Assembly: GCA_000997355.1 (NCBI GenBank)
Contig: LCBS01000004.1
Coordinates: 1 to 47,478 of the forward strand
Direction: 5' to 3'
DNA: 47,478 bases
Origin: a candidate division WWE3 bacterium GW2011_GWB1_41_6
GTDB taxonomy: Bacteria > Patescibacteriota > WWE3 > UBA101185 > UBA10185
The notes under the pieces were generated by a model. It saw nothing but the letters and a program-made list of their open reading frames with translations, was not told the DNA's origin and did no database searches. Of the stretch, positions 25,501 through 33,576 are shown in pieces; the stretch's first letter is position 1; each line of letters starts with the position of its first letter. The translations under genes were made by a program, and so were the position numbers.

Positions 25501-27003
25501 ACTGTGGGTCCGGTCGGTTTTGATAATACAAGTAAAACATCGACACAAGCAGAACTTACAATATACCCGGACTCCATATACTATGCCCGTTTGTATAATG
25601 GGGAACACAGCCCATCCACATCATTCTCAATTAAGTCAAAAAAGAACGCGGTAGACACCTACCCTCCCGAACCTCCAAAACCCGCCCAGGGACAAAAACC
25701 CGATGAAGACCTAAACGCCCCGTGGTTCATACTACCCGAGGGGATTGATATGAGCGAACCTGACGACACTCTGGTAACAATACTGTGGGTAAATCCCCAT
25801 AAGAAAGTAACATATGTAGATATAAGCACAGAACCGGAATTCGACGACTACTTCAATAAAAAAGTAACACCGTTTCCGGAGACTATGGCATCAGAAGGTT
25901 TCAGGCTGGAAGAAAGTACCACGCTTACGGAGTCGATCGGGGGTATGTTCGACACGCAAGATAAAGAACCTCCCGGCCAAGTCAAAAAACAGACTCAATT
26001 AAAATTAAGGCCGTATACAAGATATTACGTCAGACTTTACAACGGAAAGCATAGTCCGGTCACGTCGTTCGTTCTTCCGGAAATAACGGCCGAGCCGGAC
26101 ACAACAGTACCGGACGTTATTATCAATAAAACTTTGGACGAGTCAACAGTTCAACCTCCCACTACGACCGATCCAATACAGACAGTGACAGAAACTACAC
26201 TACCGGATACATCACAAGAAACACCAACGTACTCGTACGTTGAGGAGCCTAACTTCATTACAGTAGACACAGAAACTTCGGATGTTTCAGAAGGACCACC
26301 CGTAGGAGGCACAGTACTTGGCATCGCTTCAGACTCCAACACATCTCATATTTATATCGCCGGCTCGTTCAACGAGGTTATCAACGAACGGCGTGAACAG
26401 TTAGCCGCCATAGATACCTATAACACACAAACCACAGATTGGGACCCAAGCGCAAACGATTCCGTAACAAACATAGTTTACGAACCATCAGGTAATAAGA
26501 TCTACGCAGCAGGACTGTTTGATATGATCGGGGGCAAAAACAGAAACGGTGTTGCTCAAATAGATCCAAGAACTGGAGAGGTTACCAACTGGAACCCATA
26601 CTGCTACTGGTGGCTGATCCTTTCCATAGCGGCTTTTGTTATAACATCAATGTATTACGGCTTAATTGCCAATCAGGATGAAAGACCTTTCATGTGGTGG
26701 TTCGTTCCACTGCTTACCGGTATAGCAGCGTTATTAGGCGACCAGTATGCTCATAACTTCTACATCCCAACACGATACGATCACTTCATGTGGTTATTTG
26801 TACTCATAGCACTCGCAATCCCGTCTATTTCCTACATTTTGTACACAAAGAGGGATGAGAAGAAAAGAGTGAATAAAATATTCGGCGGACCAACTGCTCC
26901 TCAAGATACTGCCCAAAACACACCTCAAAACCCGGCTTCAGTACCTTACTTCCCATCACCACCACAGCCCATGCAGCCATCCATCCAACCCGGGATCTCA
27001 TAA
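19504..27003 (+). CDS. giant repeat-rich surface protein (2499 aa from the first start codon; the frame is actually open from 19402)
   Basis: It holds six WEYWNG...YYYVRAR modules, a second BNR-like region (STDGSTW, 20653-20673) and an HWQAR-type Ig/FN3-like domain. Two modules carry the signature (G)(I/L)KTVY(V/I)K.RD...NES, followed by TLDTTPPEL. Delta-60/DUF5122-like propeller blades are split by two FN3-like repeats. The C-terminus has three TM helices and a Pro/Gln-rich tail. There is no signal peptide at the TTG start. Confidence 0.9.
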   Translation: MVNPFDKVWLYRNSSYSDKTTFNSQTSLHNLDDYIAYNTPGFAYVHNVTEAASSTANDTYFGSDASEWTVFGSLEQFTSLYWTLGTNGTDGTMDWQYWNGSSWASLTLTESSNPNFTAGGYAKFSTPGDWVKRRIADPLNSQMDNGEFYYVRAAVNTPYTVAPKGTKFYKDILLKDAGDIAYFGENGTFESVSYSLSYEGSGGTVVWEYWNGGTWTTLTTTASSNPNFENAGYIDFSPPGDWAVTSVNGEGSAYYYVRARVSVAFTQYPSDALASPNRQMNNIIVSNNPVSDTIHVVWTQNIASPATIKSDTISVTTAATPASAEFINNNQITYTGGADSGLENLGNENYIKTSDGTLHLFTTTSNLSVKCGSIYTVGLLYYQSTDGSTWTCQGEITNHPSALVPSVAKDSSDNIYLVYAKAGLGTSSATLDADLWFRKLTYSGGTWTIGSQRVIAAGATSTLGYALPSIVVEDTDRIWVTATIEDTSRNYNRTVLYYSSDLTDNPTWTESYTGIYFDKVWSYYSSVYSNETTDAGNTTTADVQMAKNTGDIIYFGRTAQFNHVSWSLSTNGTSTGRVAWEYYDGDSWELLALNSANPYSTENTHFNTSTSVMFPVPSDWATTSINGEGDSYYYVRARVTNSYTTAPVGTIMMNAFSSPANNLDVTDDSAQLVRYGTDKVAVIFSDDNYQYYMRTRTDTDPAGQWSDPPTRITPHADGGNLYGTDFKALGTSSGNILMVYKQYYYNPEIRFTYYNGATWSLPVTLFYNTPLDRNFEEYGQLIDLATDDTNVWVFSYDTSQLTSKEYTNRDWLGTTGQGILSYKKGVPPFTSSDFDANATPVISYNGFFDNVWTFDSSATTYSNKTSEAMSKGEPSQIWRYTNSTYTDYDQYSIDMEPYFSRAWTYASGAFTDATYNVAQAGSPSASTLMTSTGDILYLGNDKQIDSVGWTLSTPGAGGTVEWEYWNGASWSSLSLISSNNINLTGNGDIIFTVPGDWVTTTLGSDNSAKYYIRARATGNYSTPPVESYLGPNVPLADNGDIIYLGGETSFSFLMWYIERRGVIADDSFIWEYWNGTTWSSLESYYIWHDFTHDFSSWSDFLFFNKPADWATTSVNGEGGSYYYVRGRATADYSEIPFGTLDFELAGDLPIPGDIDDITYYGKSTKFETVNMDQIDGPSTYYTSNGARGGSVVWEYYNGSAWAPLTKFTEVAGANYYGREYWQYVSFKPPGDWSTTAVNGEGTSYYYVRSRVTQEYSDPPILSQVLAAQPTTWAVVESTVESEAYNIAWVDGMANTGIADNNTNYVAIRGNFIGGGGEPSNTTPNSPSTLTQYKSDGTTDETTVVLKMTVSDTDNPEVLTPQFEVREVGTAFSNTSTNTGSNVNYSGTPLTASVTVNGLVNDSSYHWQARVCDDESACSAWVAYGGNLESAADFIIDTGAVGTGPTGTIVINNGDGYTDSVGVTLSLTVEDDTTADADIDMLLSNVSDFAGASWEDFSATRLWTLSSGDGIKTVYVKYRDTDTNESSSYNDTIILDANRAPTGRLVINSDNGKASGDSAEYTNDRSVKLYISVDQDGGTKVQQMKISNDKNFRDADWESYAEEKDWRLTNNDGLKTVYIKIRDEAGNESNRFSESITLDTTPPELQITRIETAQSSGGTYYSTSTNLSFYGIAEADSKVKMVLNGSADTSETDVLGDKKWQFTDTTLNNGNNGVLFEAKDNANNRTILSVHVVVDSSGESFPDEVNEQIGLQVPIGSPIKEPKLTNITTREVVEDTDLCYKPMTYEGKVFDFFTFEKKVKLPKVNGTFYAIEPDGEGGWFIGGKFNKVGKEIVSNVVHILPNGQVDKNWAAFIDGEVYTIELDKQNEMVYLGGNFTYVNDIQKKNIAAVSTETGILTKFNPKVNSVVLSLEKHVSEPTLYAATCTGPEVIDPATTEPYFDSELRAPTINTVDYIYEPQTGTSVALISWVNPESAPVSYVDVSTDPDFKTYYNKHVPGTDNTVGPVGFDNTSKTSTQAELTIYPDSIYYARLYNGEHSPSTSFSIKSKKNAVDTYPPEPPKPAQGQKPDEDLNAPWFILPEGIDMSEPDDTLVTILWVNPHKKVTYVDISTEPEFDDYFNKKVTPFPETMASEGFRLEESTTLTESIGGMFDTQDKEPPGQVKKQTQLKLRPYTRYYVRLYNGKHSPVTSFVLPEITAEPDTTVPDVIINKTLDESTVQPPTTTDPIQTVTETTLPDTSQETPTYSYVEEPNFITVDTETSDVSEGPPVGGTVLGIASDSNTSHIYIAGSFNEVINERREQLAAIDTYNTQTTDWDPSANDSVTNIVYEPSGNKIYAAGLFDMIGGKNRNGVAQIDPRTGEVTNWNPYCYWWLILSIAAFVITSMYYGLIANQDERPFMWWFVPLLTGIAALLGDQYAHNFYIPTRYDHFMWLFVLIALAIPSISYILYTKRDEKKRVNKIFGGPTAPQDTAQNTPQNPASVPYFPSPPQPMQPSIQPGIS

Positions 27004-27042
27004 AATGGTTGTCATATTAATAAATATACATATAATTCAGAC

Positions 27043-27963
27043 GTGCTTAAACTATATTATAAGAACATCAGAAATAACGAACTAACCGCAATCCAAGAAT
27101 TTAAAAAGGGAAGTTGGATTTATTCCGAAAACCCAACCCCCGAAGAAATAGCTCAACTGGTATCCGTATATAAACTGGACGAAGGGCTTTTATTAGACTC
27201 GCTTGACCCATACGAAGTTCCAAGAACCGAACTGGAGGACGGTATACTGTATATTTTCTCGCGTTTCCCTTATGAAGAAAATTCCCACATATTAACTACC
27301 CCCTTACTTATTGCTATCGGAGAGGATTTTTTACTGACCATATCCAAAAACCAAAACCCGCTTCTCCAACACTTTCTTGACGGAAAAACGGAGTTCACAA
27401 CAACTCAAAAGGCAAAATTCCTATTACAGATTCTTATTAAAACCAACAGCTTATACAAACGCCATATTCACCAAATAAGCAGAAAAATAAAAGAACTCAG
27501 CACACGCCTGGAAAACATTGACAATCACGATATTATTAAATTCGTAGACTATGAAGGGATACTAAACGACTTTTTATCTGCTTTGATCCCATCTGAGTTA
27601 ATATTTGAACGTTTAATGCAGGAACACATGCTTATGCTATTCGAGGAAGATATGGAGCTGGTCGAGGATCTTTCTCTGAGTAATAGACAATTAATAGAAA
27701 TCGCGAAGTCCAATTTAAAAAATATAGTTAACGTCCGCGAAGCGTATTCAACGATAATGACAAACAATCTGAACAAAACAATGAAAACGCTCACTTCCAT
27801 CACGGTAATACTTACAATACCAACCATCGTTGCAAGTTTTTTCGGTATGAACGTAGATTTGCCTTTTGATAATCACCCGCTTGCTTATGTGTTCATATTA
27901 TTACTGACATTTATTGTCGGAGGAATAGTGGTTTACTTTCTGATAAAACGTAAACTTCTTTAA
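27043..27963 (+). CDS. corA: CorA-family magnesium/cobalt transporter
   Basis: 306 aa with two C-terminal TM helices and the signature GMN motif (FFGMNVDLPF). GTG start 40 nt after the giant gene. Confidence 0.85.
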   Translation: MLKLYYKNIRNNELTAIQEFKKGSWIYSENPTPEEIAQLVSVYKLDEGLLLDSLDPYEVPRTELEDGILYIFSRFPYEENSHILTTPLLIAIGEDFLLTISKNQNPLLQHFLDGKTEFTTTQKAKFLLQILIKTNSLYKRHIHQISRKIKELSTRLENIDNHDIIKFVDYEGILNDFLSALIPSELIFERLMQEHMLMLFEEDMELVEDLSLSNRQLIEIAKSNLKNIVNVREAYSTIMTNNLNKTMKTLTSITVILTIPTIVASFFGMNVDLPFDNHPLAYVFILLLTFIVGGIVVYFLIKRKLL

Positions 27964-28080
27964 CATAAGCTTTTCTTAAGCTTAACGTTTCTTACAACTC
28001 TCTTACTAATTCTCAACATCTTATTGAACCCATACTAATAGAATGACGTAAATTCATAAAGTATAAAGGGGGTAATACTA

Positions 28081-28359
28081 TTGGACAAAAACGAATACTT
28101 AGAAAATCTGGCACTGGAGCTTGAAGAAATAGACAATAAATTAACTGAGTTAAGAATAAAGATTGTCAGTGAAGTGGAGGAAATGATATACGAGGATGAG
28201 ATTAAAAATCTGGAGGAAAAAAGGGAGGAACTCGACAGGAAAATCAAACGAGCTGAAATATCAGCTGACACATCATGGGAACAGTTCAAAAATGACGTTG
28301 AAAGCGCATTCTACGAAGTGAGGGAGGGTGTTAACGATATATTCGATCAGATGAAGTAG
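28081..28359 (+). CDS. hypothetical coiled-coil protein
   Basis: 92-aa highly charged heptad-like ORF with a TTG start and GGGGG about 10 nt upstream. The antisense ORF at 28035..28289 looks like a low-complexity artefact. Confidence 0.5.
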   Translation: MDKNEYLENLALELEEIDNKLTELRIKIVSEVEEMIYEDEIKNLEEKREELDRKIKRAEISADTSWEQFKNDVESAFYEVREGVNDIFDQMK

Positions 28360-28414
28360 CGTATCAAGAACATATACTATGTAAACTTGCACGGACTTTT
28401 GATAGAATTTAGAT

Positions 28415-28846
28415 GTGCAGATTATTAGTATATTTAAAAAGTACGCTCTTTATTTAGCCTGGGTCGTGGCACTGATCGCAACAGGAGGAAGTCTGTATTT
28501 TAGTGAGGTGTTAAAATACCCCCCTTGTTCCTTATGCTGGTATCAGCGTATTGCTATGTATCCACTTATTTTTATATTACCTGTTGCCGTATACCGAAAA
28601 GATAAACATATACCATTCTATGTTCTTCCTTTAACTTTGATCGGAACTTTGTTCGCCGGATACCATAGTCTCCTTTACTACGGCTTCCTCCCTGAGAGTA
28701 CGATTTCCTGCGCTTATGGTATTTCCTGTACTAGTACTTATGTTGAATGGTTCGGGTTTATAACAATTCCATTATTATCACTTTTAGCATTTTTGGTAAT
28801 TAGTGCCGCGATGGTAACTTTCTTCACGGACAGAAAAGGGGAGTAA
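28415..28846 (+). CDS. disulfide bond formation protein (DsbB/BdbC family)
   Basis: Four TM helices, a CxxC in the first loop (PPCSLCWYQRIAMYP) and a second Cys pair (SCAYGISC). Confidence 0.8.
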   Translation: MQIISIFKKYALYLAWVVALIATGGSLYFSEVLKYPPCSLCWYQRIAMYPLIFILPVAVYRKDKHIPFYVLPLTLIGTLFAGYHSLLYYGFLPESTISCAYGISCTSTYVEWFGFITIPLLSLLAFLVISAAMVTFFTDRKGE

Positions 28847-28866
28847 CGCACTCCATTTAAAAACCT

Positions 28867-29472
28867 TTATCTAGAATAAAATCCGATAATAAGATCCTCG
28901 TTTATATCCTTATCCATCTCATCCCGTTCAGGAACCCTTAAAACATGACCCGCACCTTCTTTTACCTCCATCCAAGCCGGGATATACTGTGTCTGCTTTA
29001 GAATGTCCAGAACAAATGGGTTTGCAAACATTTTCTGCGTCATACTTATAACATCACCGGGTTTTACAATGTATGACGGTACGTTTAATACAGCACTATT
29101 CACAAGAATATGCCCCTGTGATACGAACTGCCGTGCCTGTGGCCGCGTCTTTGCCATGCCTAACCTATAAACTACATTATCGAGTCTCTGTTCAAGAAGT
29201 TGCAGTAAAGCTGTACCTGTCGGTATGTCTTTGTTCTTATAAGCAAGAACAAGAAAACGTTTGAACTGTCTTTCCCTCAAACCGTACATTCTTTTTACAC
29301 CTTGCTTTTCCCTGAATTGAACACCATAGGTTGACATTCTTGATGCCCTTCGCTCCCCGTGCTGCCCGGGAGGCTGCTTCAGCCGTCTTTGCAAAGCTTC
29401 ACGCTGCCTTCCAAACAATTCTTTTCCTTCCCTGCGGGAAAGTCTGTCTTTTGGTCCTGTATAACGTCCCAT
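28867..29472 (-). CDS. rpsD: 30S ribosomal protein S4
   Basis: MGRYTGPKDRLSRREG...LEQRLDNVVYRLGMAKTRPQARQFVSQGHILVNS (S4 domain). I chose the start at the conserved MGRYTGP; the track ORF extends 14 codons further upstream. Confidence 0.95.
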   Translation of the reverse strand: MGRYTGPKDRLSRREGKELFGRQREALQRRLKQPPGQHGERRASRMSTYGVQFREKQGVKRMYGLRERQFKRFLVLAYKNKDIPTGTALLQLLEQRLDNVVYRLGMAKTRPQARQFVSQGHILVNSAVLNVPSYIVKPGDVISMTQKMFANPFVLDILKQTQYIPAWMEVKEGAGHVLRVPERDEMDKDINEDLIIGFYSR

Positions 29473-29628
29473 ACGCAGCATTATACTAATTTTTCCCTGT
29501 AAATGAAAACTCATAAATAGCCAATTTCCTGTAGAATAAGCCTATCCAGGCAAACTTTACTTATGTATTTGACATAAACACAGCACAGGATATACTTTTT
29601 TAATATTTTGTTAGGATTTTGTTAGAGT

Positions 29629-30117
29629 ATGGTAAGAGTTATCACCACCGCGCCGACCAAGGCTTCACAACTTGTTTATAAAACCGTTCATTTTTCTCTT
29701 GTTGTTGAGGTAAATAATGCTACTACCGAAATACTTTTTATGATAGATCCTAAAAAGCTTCATACCGGTAATTGTACTAACACCATAGAAATTCTGACTA
29801 CCAGTATTCCGGAGGTTCTGGAAAATAAGTGTTATAACTCTAAGAACCTGCCTTTTTCCGAAGAGGTTCTCAATACACCTATTGCGCATCTTTTTGAACA
29901 TATCCTTCTGCAAAGCCTTTTTAACGAACGTAAATCCGCATCCAATATGGTTTTGATATACAGAGGCTCAACCAAATGGAACTGGAAGAATGAACTGATC
30001 GGAACATACCATATCAGAATAAACGCAAATATAAGAGATATGGATATTATCCGCTCTGCGGTGGAAAATACGGTTAACGTAACGCACGCGGTAATAGCAT
30101 CAAGCGAGCAGGTTTAG
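29629..30117 (+). CDS. hypothetical protein
   Basis: 162-aa ORF, no family recognised. It is more plausible than the overlapping antisense ORF at 29665..29913. Confidence 0.45.
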   Translation: MVRVITTAPTKASQLVYKTVHFSLVVEVNNATTEILFMIDPKKLHTGNCTNTIEILTTSIPEVLENKCYNSKNLPFSEEVLNTPIAHLFEHILLQSLFNERKSASNMVLIYRGSTKWNWKNELIGTYHIRINANIRDMDIIRSAVENTVNVTHAVIASSEQV

Positions 30118-30152
30118 ATGCACCTGCCCGCTCAATCGCTGCTATAAACTTT

Positions 30153-30431
30153 TTACATATCATCTTCTTTTGTAGGTATCCAGAAACCGTCAGGATCTAG
30201 GTAACCGCCCGTATCCTCTTCGGGTGTGCCGGATTCCTTTCTCATCCTCGCTCTTCTTTCACGCTCCTCATCAGTCATTCCCGCGGTTTCACCTCCGAGT
30301 TCGCCTTCTTCCACATCTATTTCCACATCCTCCATCCCACCCATGTCAGGTTCTGCACCCATTTCACGTTCCCTTTCTTTTCTTCTCTTTTTCATCTCTT
30401 CGGTATCTTTGTTATGAGCCATGTAGCTCAC
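30153..30431 (-). CDS. hypothetical highly charged (Glu/Asp/Arg/Met-rich) small protein
   Basis: 92-aa ORF preceded by a near-perfect SD (AAGGAGGTGA) 5 nt upstream of the ATG. The sequence is low complexity and probably disordered. Confidence 0.6.
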   Translation of the reverse strand: MSYMAHNKDTEEMKKRRKEREREMGAEPDMGGMEDVEIDVEEGELGGETAGMTDEERERRARMRKESGTPEEDTGGYLDPDGFWIPTKEDDM

Positions 30432-30548
30432 CTCCTTTAGAAATTTATTAAGTGAAGTTTAAGCAATATTCATTAGGACGCAGTTATACGTATGTTAGAG
30501 TTAAGTAAAAGGATAGATAATTAAAGCAACCCGGGAAAATGTGTTAAA

Positions 30549-31694
30549 ATGCCCGCAGTGAAAAGAAAGACAATACTTCTAACATTAATCACACTTATGA
30601 TCATTCCGGCCGTTTTTTGGTCGGTATATGGATCATTCTTCAGCGCTAAGAACGATATCCCAAATATAAGTTCTGCCAACCCTGTTACAAGTTCTTCAAG
30701 CGAAAATCTCATTAACACCGGATCAAGCTCAGCGGAACCTTTAACTATGCAACTCCCAAATAACTATCTTATAAATAACATCAAACATACATATCAAACT
30801 TTCAATAATTGCGGCCCTGCAGGATTATCTATGCTTTTAAGTTATTATGGTATCAACGAGCCTCAAAACACCATAGCCGTTGAAATACGCCCATACCAAC
30901 ACCCACAAGGAGATAATGACGACAAATCTGTATCATTTGAAGAATTTGCAACATATATTAAAAGGTTCAGTCTCGAATCGATACACAGACCAAGTGGGGA
31001 TATTGATCTTCTTAAAACCTTCATAGCCAACGATGTACCGGTTTTGGTAAGGGCGTGGCTTAACCCAAATGACGATATTGGGCATTTCAGGCTGATCCGT
31101 GGTTATGATGAAAGCAAACGGGTTGTGATACAGGACGATTCCTACCACGGTTCTAAACTATCTTTAACTTATATCGAATTTTTATCAATGTGGGAACCAT
31201 TCGGTTTTGAGTATTTTGTGATTTTCCCCGAAAAAGACCGGGAGAAGATTGAATCTATTATCGGAAGTGACATGGACATTAATAACGCCTGGAACGAACT
31301 TGCAGCAAGGTCGGAAAAGGGCATGGCAGCCAATCCCAATAACCCATACCATGGGTTTAACCTTTCCGTTGCAAGCTACCATCTAGGCAACTACCAAAAA
31401 ACCGTAGAATCCTTTGAGTCGGTCGAAAGCAAACTACCCAGGAGAATGCTTTGGTACCAGATTGAACCGATCCTTGGATATCAAAAGACGGGACAATATA
31501 ACAAAGCTCTAGCGAAAATAGAGAATATCTTAAACAACGGTAACAGAGCGTTTTCCGAATTGTACCTGGTAAGAGGCGAGATCTACCTTGAACAGGGAAA
31601 TACAGCGGGTGCACGAAACGAGTTCGAAAAAGCAGTGCTTTACAATAAATACTATATACCGGCAAAAACAGCCTTGGATGACCTGGACAGGTAA
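30549..31694 (+). CDS. C39-like cysteine peptidase domain protein with C-terminal TPR repeats
   Basis: N-terminal TM anchor, catalytic-Cys context QTFNNCGPAGLSMLLSYYG, a His candidate in DDIGHFRLIRGYD, and TPR-like repeats at the C-terminus. Confidence 0.75.
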   Translation: MPAVKRKTILLTLITLMIIPAVFWSVYGSFFSAKNDIPNISSANPVTSSSSENLINTGSSSAEPLTMQLPNNYLINNIKHTYQTFNNCGPAGLSMLLSYYGINEPQNTIAVEIRPYQHPQGDNDDKSVSFEEFATYIKRFSLESIHRPSGDIDLLKTFIANDVPVLVRAWLNPNDDIGHFRLIRGYDESKRVVIQDDSYHGSKLSLTYIEFLSMWEPFGFEYFVIFPEKDREKIESIIGSDMDINNAWNELAARSEKGMAANPNNPYHGFNLSVASYHLGNYQKTVESFESVESKLPRRMLWYQIEPILGYQKTGQYNKALAKIENILNNGNRAFSELYLVRGEIYLEQGNTAGARNEFEKAVLYNKYYIPAKTALDDLDR

Positions 31695-31780
31695 TATTTC
31701 ATTGCATGTATCGATAAACCTGTATATAATAAGCAAATACTTTTGTACTTAAATTTCCATTTGAATAGGAGGTGTTTTTA

Positions 31781-32530
31781 ATGAAAAGAATACTATTATT
31801 AGCAATAATCACAGTTTCCGGTACTTTTTTTGTATCCCGACAGTTAACCGCCAACGCATCACAAAACATGCCAAAGGGAATTGAAGATAGGGGACCGTTA
31901 TCCAAAGTTACATTTATCCATTACAAAAAAGAGAAAGAGAATGCGAAACCGCCGTCAGCAGGCAATAAGAAGAAAACGGACGCTTGTTACACGTTTATTT
32001 CGGCAGGTGCTAAATGGAAGAAACTTGAGCCTTATTTTGTAAATCCTTTGAACGCAAGCACATCTTTATCCAATAATGCAGTTTATGACGCATTTAACGG
32101 AGGCGTAACGGCATGGGAAAACGGCAGTGGCAAGGACATTTTTGGCAACGGGACCCTGGATGTGAACGTGGTATATGACCCGGATAGAGTTGACGACAAA
32201 AACGTTGCTGCTTTTGGGCCCTACGGTGATAGTAGAGTTATCGCAGTTACTACAGTATGGGGATATTTCTCAGGCCCGGAAACGTGGAGAGAAATAGTAG
32301 AATGGGATATGCTCTTTAACACTAACTTCAAGTGGAGTATTTCATCATCCGATGCTATGGATATCCAAAATATAGCCACACATGAAATGGGACACAGCGC
32401 AGGACTGGGTGATCTATACACAACATCCTGTAGCATAGAAACAATGTACGGTTACTCCGTTAATGGGGAAACCAGCAAAAGGACTCTCGAAACCGGGGAT
32501 ATCGCAGGAATCAAAAGCTTGTACAACTAA
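31781..32530 (+). CDS. secreted metzincin, snapalysin/matrixin-like (HExxHxxGxxD)
   Basis: GGAGG lies 7 nt upstream of the ATG at 31781. Signal peptide present. Zinc site HEMGHSAGLGD, followed by a Met-turn candidate (ETMYGY). Confidence 0.8.
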   Translation: MKRILLLAIITVSGTFFVSRQLTANASQNMPKGIEDRGPLSKVTFIHYKKEKENAKPPSAGNKKKTDACYTFISAGAKWKKLEPYFVNPLNASTSLSNNAVYDAFNGGVTAWENGSGKDIFGNGTLDVNVVYDPDRVDDKNVAAFGPYGDSRVIAVTTVWGYFSGPETWREIVEWDMLFNTNFKWSISSSDAMDIQNIATHEMGHSAGLGDLYTTSCSIETMYGYSVNGETSKRTLETGDIAGIKSLYN

Positions 32531-32551
32531 AAGAACAGCTGTCAAAAACTC

Positions 32552-32586
32552 ACACACCTTGTAATTCGGGTGTGTTGGTTTTTTTA
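32552..32586 (+). terminator. Rho-independent terminator
   Basis: Stem acacacc (32552-32558) / ggtgtgt (32569-32575) with a 10-nt loop, then a run of 7 T (32579-32585). Confidence 0.7.
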
Positions 32587-32609
32587 TTAGCCTCTGTTAT
32601 ACTTTCTCA

Positions 32610-33335
32610 ATGGAAAATAATAATGATCAAACTAATAATGAGTCTGCAGAAGATACTATCGAGGAACCCTTTGAAGAAACCGTAGATGAAATTGAGGAAG
32701 AAGTTGTTAAAGAAACGCACACACCCTCAAGAGCAACCGTAAAAATAAGTAAAAGAACCCTTAAAAAATATATCATTATCACCCTTGTTGCAGCAATACT
32801 CGCCACCGCGGGTTACTATTTAAAAAGCTATTTTATCGCAGCCACCGTTAACGGAAAACCTATTTCTCGAGTTCAGGTTATAAAAGAGCTTGAGAAACAA
32901 GGCGGAAAACAGACTCTCGATTCGGAAATTACAAAAACACTAATCCTACAGGAAGCTGTTAAATCTAATGTTGACGTATCTCAGGAAACATTAGATCAAC
33001 AAATTAAGGAGATCGAAACATCTTTGACCACCCAAGGCCAGACTCTAGAATCGGCTTTAGAATTACAGGGCATGACGCGTGAGGATCTATATGAACAGCT
33101 AAAACTTCAAAAGATCATCGAGGTCATGCTTCAGGATAGAACGGCTGTAACCGACGCCGAAATCGACGCTTATATCCAAGAGAATAAAGATTTCCTTCCA
33201 AAGGAAGCTACTCAGGAAGAAATTGTCACGGATGTCCGTGAACAGCTAAAGCAGCAAAAATTCGCAACCGAATTTCAGTCCTGGGTTACCGAGCTGAAAG
33301 AAAACGCAAAAATAAACTACTACACAAATTACTAG
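32610..33335 (+). CDS. SurA N-terminal-like / PrsA-like chaperone domain protein (no obvious PPIase domain)
   Basis: Acidic N-terminus and a TM anchor, then ATVNGKPISRVQVIKELEKQGGKQTLDSEITKTLILQEAVK, typical of the SurA_N/PrsA N-terminal region. Confidence 0.6.
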   Translation: MENNNDQTNNESAEDTIEEPFEETVDEIEEEVVKETHTPSRATVKISKRTLKKYIIITLVAAILATAGYYLKSYFIAATVNGKPISRVQVIKELEKQGGKQTLDSEITKTLILQEAVKSNVDVSQETLDQQIKEIETSLTTQGQTLESALELQGMTREDLYEQLKLQKIIEVMLQDRTAVTDAEIDAYIQENKDFLPKEATQEEIVTDVREQLKQQKFATEFQSWVTELKENAKINYYTNY

Positions 33336-33369
33336 ACAAAATAGTAATTCTCTCTGCTATAATTATTTC

Positions 33370-33576
33370 ATGGAATTTATAGAGAAATATTCTCTCTTGA
33401 TAGCAGTTATAATCATATGGGAAATGATATGGAAAGGTGTTGCTTTGTGGAGAGCGGGACGAAATAATCAAAGATACTGGTTCGTCGCTTTACTAGTAAT
33501 AAATACAATAGGTATCTTGGAGATCGTCTATCTGAAGTTCTTTCAGAAAAAACCTTCTCATTCTCACAAAAGTTAA
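33370..33576 (+). CDS. small two-helix membrane protein (DUF5652-like)
   Basis: 68 aa. IIIWEMIWKGVALWRAGRNNQRYWFVALLVINTIGILEIVYL matches my recollection of the DUF5652 family, which is common in Patescibacteria. Confidence 0.55.
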   Translation: MEFIEKYSLLIAVIIIWEMIWKGVALWRAGRNNQRYWFVALLVINTIGILEIVYLKFFQKKPSHSHKS

